Positions 10,426 through 17,700 of a DNA stretch of 64,000 nucleotides are shown here, one piece after another. The stretch lies in NCBI GenBank assembly GCA_047947115.1, contig CP170459.1, positions 1 through 64,000 of the forward strand, in the 5' to 3' direction. A program made the position numbers and the translations under genes. Numbering within the stretch: position 1 is the first letter of the stretch; each line of letters begins with the position of its first letter. Origin of the DNA: Verrucomicrobiota bacterium (GTDB taxonomy: Bacteria > Verrucomicrobiota > Verrucomicrobiia > Limisphaerales > AAA164-E04). The notes beneath the pieces are model-generated. The model saw only the letters and a program-made list of their open reading frames with translations, did no database searches and had not been told where the DNA came from.

Positions 10426-10489
10426 GGTTCCTCAGGTGTCGCGATGTCGGGTGTAGTTATGAAAAATTTTAGCTCACTCAGCCAATATT
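10384..10489 (-). ncRNA. Candidate ~105-nt small RNA
   Basis: Lies between a sigma54-like promoter and a strong terminator on the same strand; no sizeable ORF inside. Confidence 0.4.
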
Positions 10490-10500
10490 AGTTTGTTAAG

Positions 10501-10516
10501 GCATAGTTCGTGCCAA
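10501..10516 (-). promoter_or_regulatory. Putative sigma54 (-24/-12) promoter
   Basis: Minus strand TTGGCACGAACTATGC = TGGCACG-N4-ATGC with exact GG-N10-GC spacing. Confidence 0.55.
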
Positions 10517-11087
10517 CCGTTTCAGAGTCTTCCAAAGGGTTTAATTACTCAATTGTTGAAGTTATTTGCGCAGTGTTGGTCTACAGAATGCTCAAAGTGT
10601 TCAAAACAAAGCATCTCACCAACCAATGTAATTAGCGCTAATCCCGCCACGAAAAAACCTGCCTCTGAGTATCCAAAAGCAGGACCCCCCCCCTGGGTAA
10701 GGAATCTATTACCAAGCGCTCAGAAGCAGGTTTCCGCGCACGAGGGCGGTGGAAAGGCATGAGGAACCACGGCGAACGGCAAACACAACAACTGTTCACA
10801 TGCGCAGTGGTCAGGGGCTAGTAGGAAGAAGTGCGTGGTATTTTTTTTAATGTAAAAGGTCTGACTGAAAATTACGTTCATGCGCATACCAAGAAGCGCC
10901 AAAAGATGAACAACATCGGTCTTGGACAGCACAACTTGAAGAAGTAAAAAGATGAAACGAAGTTCCGGTGGAAAACATGAACTTTAAGGCGTATGTCTCT
11001 GGCTTTCTCTCGCAAGAAATGGAAGTGGCCAGTGAGATTTTCAAAGACTGAGGAGTTTTCTCTCAGGCACTAGATAGGGGTGGTACA

Positions 11088-11123
11088 CAAAAGAGCCCGG
11101 ATAGCAAAAGAGCCACCCGGGCT
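11088..11123 (-). terminator. Rho-independent terminator of the LamG cargo gene
   Basis: Minus strand AGCCCGGGTGGC-TCTTTT-GCTATCCGGGCT-CTTTT: 12-bp stem with two G-U pairs, ~30 bp after the stop codon. Confidence 0.75.
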
Positions 11124-11151
11124 GTTGAAAACTCGTAGTATTGACCGCAGC

Positions 11152-13041
11152 TTATGGCTGTTCAATCACGCGGAAGAACTGCCCAAACTCGTCCACATCG
11201 AATTTGACAGCAATGAATTGCTCTTCAGCGGTAAACAGCGGTCCAGTTTGCGTCCAATCAACCATGTTCTTTGAGGACTCAATGGTGTAGCGCTTGCCCT
11301 CAGTCAGCTTCACGTTGACCTCAACCTGAGTCACGCGAATGGAAAGCTCAGGCGCGGTAGGCGGAGGTGCAATAGTGATGACTGGTGTCGTAGTGTAACC
11401 ACTGCCAGGGTTGATGACATTGACGGCAACCACACGGCCATCTGCTACCTCAGCTGCCACAATAGCACCTTGGCCATTACCTCCAGTCACTTTAACCGTT
11501 GGCGGCTCTGTATAGCCTTCTCCGCCAGTAACAACAGTAGTGCCAACAAGAAAGCCATTGACGACTTCAGCTGTTGCATATGCCGACGCCGGCGGCACAG
11601 GAGGCGCTGCAATGTCAATCTTAGGGTCGCCTGTATAGCCTAAGCCAGGGTTGATGATGTTGATTTTGACGACTTGGCCAGCGCTGACAGTTGCAGTAGC
11701 GACAGCGCCGGAACCGCCGCCGCCGCTGATGGTGACATCAGGGTTGCTCGTATAGCCGTAGCCTCCGTCAGTAACTTCAGCACCAACAATGAAGCCGTTG
11801 ACGACTTGCGCCATGGCTGAGGCATTGCGAGTGTTGGAAGGCGGCTGGGACTCGTAGGCGTAAAGCTGGGCGACTTCGGTGGCGGAGAGGGCGCGTTTGT
11901 AGATGCGCAGATTATCCATGGCACCAACAAAACCAGGAATAACTACACCGTCCTTATAGTGTCCACCTAACACGCCCCATTGCAAATCAGATGTATCGGG
12001 AATTCTTTCCGCAAACTCTTGGTAATTAATATCACCAGCTGATATACCATTGACATACATTTCAACGGTATTGAGCGCCTTGCCCTTGCTGTAGGAGAAT
12101 ACATAATGATTGAGGCTTGAGGCATCGAACTCAAATTGACGACTTGCAACTGAAAAAGCGATTTCAGCAAAAACACCACCATATCCCCGGAAATTTAACC
12201 CTACGCCAAAGCGCTTTTGCTGTTCTGTTGAACCATACGAAAAGAGCATTTGGGTGCCCTCACCTGTCGATGAAGCCCAAACCGAAATTGTTCTAGGCAG
12301 GGAACCAGTCGGGAAACCGTTTGGAGTGGCTAGAAATGAATCTGGAGAAAACTCAGCTTGACCAAGTGAGTTAATCAAAACCTCTCCTTCAACCTGGGTA
12401 TTTGCCAGATTACCCGCAGCATCCTGAAAATCACTATCGAACGGGTAGTAGGCCACCAAGCCATCATTGAGCCAGTTTTCGATGGGGCGGGCTGGCGTAG
12501 CCTTAACCAGTCGAATGCTCTTAACTGTTGCTGGTTTGTTGTTGTTCCCTGAATTGCTTGAAACAAAATCAATAATGGTTGATTCGCTGTCATCAAGGGC
12601 AAGAACGTTTACTTCGTGCAGGTCATAAATGCGCACCAAAACCCCATCTATCCAGGACTCTATAGTGCTGCGTGAAGTGCGCGTAAAGCTTCCTGTGTGC
12701 CAGCCTTGCGTGCGATACACTATATTAACTGGTTCCAGACTATCTGCGTTACTGTAATAAATGTCATTTCCCTTTTTCCCTGGAGAATAATTACCCCAGC
12801 CACAATCCAACATATAAAACAGGTCCAGACTTTGCTTAGTCAACAAGACATCGAAAGCCTGATTTGAAAGCATAATGCCATTGTACCCATATTCACAAAG
12901 TTTATCCTCAAACTCATAGGTAATGGTATCGCCGACCTCAAAGCGAAACTCCTCGCCTAGTTGAAGCTCAATGACCGGCTGTGCAGCAGCAATTAAGGGC
13001 AGCAGTGCGAATAAGCAAAAAACATTCTTCAAAGCTTTCAT
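11152..13041 (-). CDS. Secreted LamG/pentraxin-like domain protein with GxGY-type beta repeats and C-terminal FFR domain (element cargo)
   Basis: Signal peptide MKALKNVFCLFALLPLIAAA; GLVAYYPFD...GAMDNLRIYKRALSATEVAQLY (LamG); repeats GGYGY..PDV.ISGGGGSGA / NPG.GY..P.I; ends GQFFRVIEQP. Start reassigned from 13194. Confidence 0.8.
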   Translation of the reverse strand: MKALKNVFCLFALLPLIAAAQPVIELQLGEEFRFEVGDTITYEFEDKLCEYGYNGIMLSNQAFDVLLTKQSLDLFYMLDCGWGNYSPGKKGNDIYYSNADSLEPVNIVYRTQGWHTGSFTRTSRSTIESWIDGVLVRIYDLHEVNVLALDDSESTIIDFVSSNSGNNNKPATVKSIRLVKATPARPIENWLNDGLVAYYPFDSDFQDAAGNLANTQVEGEVLINSLGQAEFSPDSFLATPNGFPTGSLPRTISVWASSTGEGTQMLFSYGSTEQQKRFGVGLNFRGYGGVFAEIAFSVASRQFEFDASSLNHYVFSYSKGKALNTVEMYVNGISAGDINYQEFAERIPDTSDLQWGVLGGHYKDGVVIPGFVGAMDNLRIYKRALSATEVAQLYAYESQPPSNTRNASAMAQVVNGFIVGAEVTDGGYGYTSNPDVTISGGGGSGAVATATVSAGQVVKINIINPGLGYTGDPKIDIAAPPVPPASAYATAEVVNGFLVGTTVVTGGEGYTEPPTVKVTGGNGQGAIVAAEVADGRVVAVNVINPGSGYTTTPVITIAPPPTAPELSIRVTQVEVNVKLTEGKRYTIESSKNMVDWTQTGPLFTAEEQFIAVKFDVDEFGQFFRVIEQP

Positions 13042-13290
13042 ATGATACATGTAAAACAATGCCGTCAATAAAAAGCAACCCTGAATTAACACGCCCAATC
13101 CAAATTCAAAAGCTATTGAGTCAGTCTCCTTGATTACTGATGTCGCCCGGCAGCAATTCTCGTAGTAGTAGTTCAAGTGACCGGGCGCGAGCAAAGTTTG
13201 CCCTCAGTGACGCGCTTGGAATTAATGCTTATTAGCCAGAAATCTTCCTAAAGTAGTTGGAGAATAATGATGCAAATGAAGGCACAGAAG

Positions 13291-13309
13291 TGCATTTCAA
13301 CCCATACTT
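13291..13309 (+). promoter_or_regulatory. Putative integrase arm-type site (right end)
   Basis: 16/19 match to 4488-4506, at a similar distance (~108 bp) from the att core. Confidence 0.5.
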
Positions 13310-13417
13310 TATCGATACTTGATTTGAGATAAGTATTCGCTAGGGCGAAGATAATTTAACACTTATTACTTTGCTTGTGGCATTTACGCATTCTTTAGCA
13401 ATGTCAATCGAACCTAC

Positions 13418-13472
13418 GAGCAACGGTTTCGTAAACCGTAGGTCACGAGTTCGAATCTCGTCATTGGCTCCA
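13418..13472 (+). repeat. att site (right copy of 55-bp repeat; displaced tRNA-Thr 3' fragment)
   Basis: Identical to 4327-4381; lacks the tRNA 5' acceptor strand and most of the D-arm. Confidence 0.95.
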
Positions 13473-13553
13473 TTGATTACCTGCACAACAACGTAAGCGG
13501 TAAACCAGCGACCTACTGGTCAAAGGCTTCCATCAGGGATAATACTCCCATAC

Positions 13554-13860
13554 ATGGATCAAGCATCGATAAAGTTGCCAGCCAAGAAATCGCCAGCATG
13601 TGCAAAGCGTTATTCAGAGCATGAGCGAGAGCAAATCCTTCAGGACTACCATTTGAGTGGTTTGAGTCCATACCGATACTGTCGCGATAAATCTGTCACA
13701 CGCGAAACGCTTATTAAATGGTTGGGCATCTCTCCTAAAAAGAAGAAACGCGCCACGGATTCATCGGATGGTTTTTTTAAGATCCAGATGAATGGTTCTG
13801 CTCAATCGCCCATGATTATTCGGTTGCCATATGATTGTTCAATTGAGATTTACCATCCCA
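13554..13860 (+). pseudogene. tnpA: IS66 accessory protein TnpA-like (HTH), 3'-truncated
   Basis: RYSEHEREQILQDYHLSGLSPYRYCR....TLIKW...FFKI pattern; the ORF continues out of frame into tnpC sequence. End approximate. Confidence 0.65.
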
Positions 13861-13861
13861 G

Positions 13862-14611
13862 ACCCATCTTCAACCGGGTGTGCAAGTGGTTTATGACTGG
13901 CATTCCAGTCGCGCAGCCACTTGTCTGCAATCGATCTTGGGAAATAGTTTTTCAGGAAAACTGCAATGTGACGGCTACTCGGCCTATCAACGATTTGCTT
14001 CCGACAATCCGTCAGCCAAACTGCATGGATGCTGGGCTCACATGAGAAGGAAATTTTACGAATCCCAGGAACAACACCCTCGGATAGTCGGTTGGATTTT
14101 GAGACATATCCAGCAGCTTTACCAATGGGAAGATCAACTTCGAACATCAAGAGCAGGACCAAACCTCCGGCATTCCATGCGAACCAGCCATCATAAATTG
14201 GTCTGCCAACGTCTCTTTAAAGCATTTGAAAATCTCAGTTCAAGAATCTTACCCAAAAGCAACCTGGGTAAAGCGCTGAATTATGCACTCAACCAGCGTG
14301 AATCATTAGAACGAGTCTTGGATGCCGGGGAAGTTGAGTTGGATAACAACCTGGTGGAAAATGCCATTCGCCCCACGGCAATCGGGAAAAAGAACTGGTT
14401 GTTCATGGGGAGCAAAGAATCGGGACACTGCTCAGCCGTTGTATACACCCTGGTTCAAAGTTGCCGGATGATCGGCGTTGAACCATCAGCCTACCTTCGT
14501 GATGTTCTCGAGCATTTACCCACCCTGACAAATCAGGAAATTGGTGAATGGACACCAATGAAATGGGCGCTCCGAAACGGGCTATTGAAAGCCACATCCC
14601 GAGCCGCTTGA
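13862..14611 (+). pseudogene. tnpC: IS66 transposase TnpC, C-terminal fragment
   Basis: LQCDGYSAY, CWAHMRRKF, LDNNLVENAIRPTAIGKKNWLF and YLRDVL motifs; N-terminal half missing. Confidence 0.9.
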
Positions 14612-14792
14612 CCGCAAACCGGTAAGCGAACCCTCCAAATTAAACAATCCCATCTGAGTTGACAGTATCATTCAGGGGGACTCCGATATACCGCTTACAA
14701 TACAAAAAACAAAGGAAATGATTCTCTTCACTTTTTGTATTCAGAAAAATTGAACAAAGTTCCCTGAATGCGTTGGACCCAAGACTTCAGCG

Positions 14793-17700
14793 TCACCTAG
14801 TTACGCGATAAAACCTCATGTTATCAGTAATGGAACTGGTAAAGGGACTCGAGGCATTTTCGACCACCTTCCAGGGACCTCCTAAGTCGTTGGCAGATTC
14901 TAGGGTTCCCTCGTAGTGCAATGTGAGCTCGTTTTCATATAGAGTATAATAATTGATACCCACATCGGACTTTGGACCAGAATCTACGACGCTATCTACC
15001 GGCACAAACCCATCTGCCTGGGCATTGAGTGAAAGCAATTCACTGCTCTCAATCCCACTAAAAACCAACTCTCCATTCTGATTAGCAAATCCATTCACAA
15101 ATGTCCCATCAGCCAAGGCTAAGTTGATGAATGCATTTGCAACTGGGCTTCCATCACCAGTCTTGGCACTGACCATAAGAGAACTCGCTGTAAATTCAGT
15201 GAACAGGTCCCACCGAATACCTGGAACAGGTTCCTTTCGAACACTCAGCTCCGGATCACCTAACAGCAAATAGGCAAACGTGTTGTTGTCCCACAAATCA
15301 CCGCTACCATGGGCTAGCATCGAACGATATTCAGCCCTACCAAGTGCTGGGGCCAGTCGCGTATATCCATCGACAAATAGAGCTCTGAAAATACCTTTGG
15401 CTCGCTCATGGTTTTCCGAAGTATAAGAATTAGCTGATGCTCCAAAATGGGCTACAGCTCCGGTTTGTTGTGCCAACATCCAATTTTCGGATACCGTGTC
15501 ACTTTGCCTCAACATCCCATTCTGACAGGAAATCGAATACACAATAGGGTTGATGCTGTTGGAAAGGGTATTTATTTCGGTCAACCCGAAATTGTCGTTG
15601 GTGGCATCCCAACCACTTACCCAAGCGCTGTTACTACCATGACCACGGTAAAGAACATGTCCCCTACCCTTGTCGATCAAATCTATAACATCCTGGTTAA
15701 CCGCCCCCACCTCAGTAGGACTTGCCACTCCGGCATGCAACACATCAAAGTTGATAGTTTCACTGTAGCTGGTGGAGGCAATCTCATTGACTGCTCCTGC
15801 GTATTTGCCCGGGAAATTTTCGCTATTGGCTGCCAGCACAGCTCCTTGAGGCCAATCACCAGGAACAGGGCTCCTCTCATACTTGAGTGTCTTAGCCAAT
15901 TGGTTGATCAGCTCCGATTCGCTGTTGATCGAAAACCTGCCCACATAAACACTCGGATACCGACCTGATCCAATCACTTCATACACATGATCCGAATCCG
16001 AGTCATCACCATCTGGCCCTAACTCAATACGTGCCGAGCGACCTGACGGAATTAAATCAATATCGCCCACTAATAACACATAAACGCCATGGCAATAGTT
16101 CTCCCTCCAGTAGTTCTCGATATAATCGTCGATAGCTGCCCGATCGGCTGCCACATCATCGGTTGCCTCCGAACCCACATAGGCGAAGTCCACATTCAGC
16201 CCCTTGCTTCGCTTCCATAAAGCAAACTCAGTTAGTTCATCACGGTATCCTCGGGGTGTCAGAATCAGGTAGTGCGCACTACGCGAGGCTTGTATGGCTA
16301 TACCCCTTTTTGTAAGAGCTTTCCGAATCGAATCACCATTGATTCCCAAAACCTTGAACACCCATGAATCCCAATCAATGTTATCGCAGTCATAATCCAA
16401 GGTTCCCTTCAGATGCTTGATATTGAAAATAAATGAGGCTGCGACTGAAATCTCATTGGAACTGTTCACCTCCAAGAGCGGAACTTGTATCTCAGATACC
16501 GACAGGGCTCCCGCAGTTTCTGGCATTGTGATTTGAATACCGTCTGCTGAGTACCTCCCTTTAAAGGAACTGTAAAACTCTTGATCCACAAACTCTGCAG
16601 CATTATACCCGGGCTCATCAATGCCAGCATATCCAGCAGGAACCAGAGGGTTTTCTAAGGTCACATTGGCTCGCTTAACATTAACTAACTCAATACCAAT
16701 GTCCTCCTTGGTATTGTTCTTGGAAGCATAGACCAAGCCGCGCAGCATTGGAATTCCTGGCCTGGCTCCCGTTGGATCAATGCCAAGTCTTTCCATTTCG
16801 GGAACCGTTAGACTCTTGGTCTGATTCTTCTCAAGTTGCTGATAGGTTTCTTCGGAAATGCGCGACTGCGCAATGGAGCTAACCAGCATGTCCTCAAGCT
16901 GCCCCATAGCAGGTTGACCACTTTCTACAGGAAAATCATACCAACCTCGCTCGCCGTTGGGCCCAGGATACCCCAAACCTCCAACTTTGATTTCGGGTAA
17001 CTCCACCTTGGTATAAACCCCACCAGCATACGGCACGGGCACAAGCCAAAAACCTGGAACCTTGCACTCAATACTGGTGAGTTGTTCATCTCCTTGGACC
17101 ACAGTTGCCAAAATCATGTCGCCCTCCTTACTTCCTTCAACAAGCGATACCCAGGATCTATCTGGGAGTTGTCGATCCACAACACTGACAAAGATCTGTT
17201 TGGTTGCCACATTCCCTGCAGCATCCTGCACCGTGTAAGTAACGTGGTACATATCGCCAGGCAAGGCCACATCAACGAAGGTGTCTACCTTGATATTGGC
17301 CGTCACATCACCATCAATGAGGTCAATGGCCGTTGCCTCAGGAACTATGAATTCACTGCCCGCTTCCACAAGGTAAGGTGATTTCTCAGCAATCGTGATA
17401 ATTGGAGCCGTCGTATCCACCACTTTAACCACAAGCGTTTGAGTCGTGGCATTACCTGCACCATCGCTGACTTCATACAGAACATGGAACATGTCAATAT
17501 CTGGGAGCATGGTATCCACATTCACCGTAACCTTGATCTCACCACTCACATCACCATCAATGAGGTCAATGGCCGTTGCCTCAGGAACTATGAATTCACT
17601 GCCCGCTTCCACAAGGTAAGGTGATTCCTCAGCAATCGTGATAATTGGAGCCGTCGTATCCACCACTTTAACCACAAGCGTTTGAGTCGTGGCATTACCT

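Larger units (their letters stand above)
13493..14698 (+). mobile_element. IS66-family element, internally deleted (1206 bp)
   Basis: Terminal inverted repeats GTAAGCGGTAAACCAGCGACC / GTAAGCGGTATATCGGAGTCC (16/21); tnpA-like 5' ORF joined to the 3' half of tnpC; tnpB absent. Confidence 0.88.

Noticed and set aside
10493..11044. Small ORFs in the element's intergenic region
   Set aside because: Short, on conflicting strands, weak starts and no motifs; cis-acting or RNA functions explain the region better.
13418..13472. Second tRNA-Thr gene
   Set aside because: Only the 3' 55 nt are present; the 5' acceptor strand and most of the D-arm are missing, so it is an att repeat.
13485..14706. 8-bp target-site duplication around the IS66
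   Set aside because: The flanks ACAACAAC and AATACAAA do not match.
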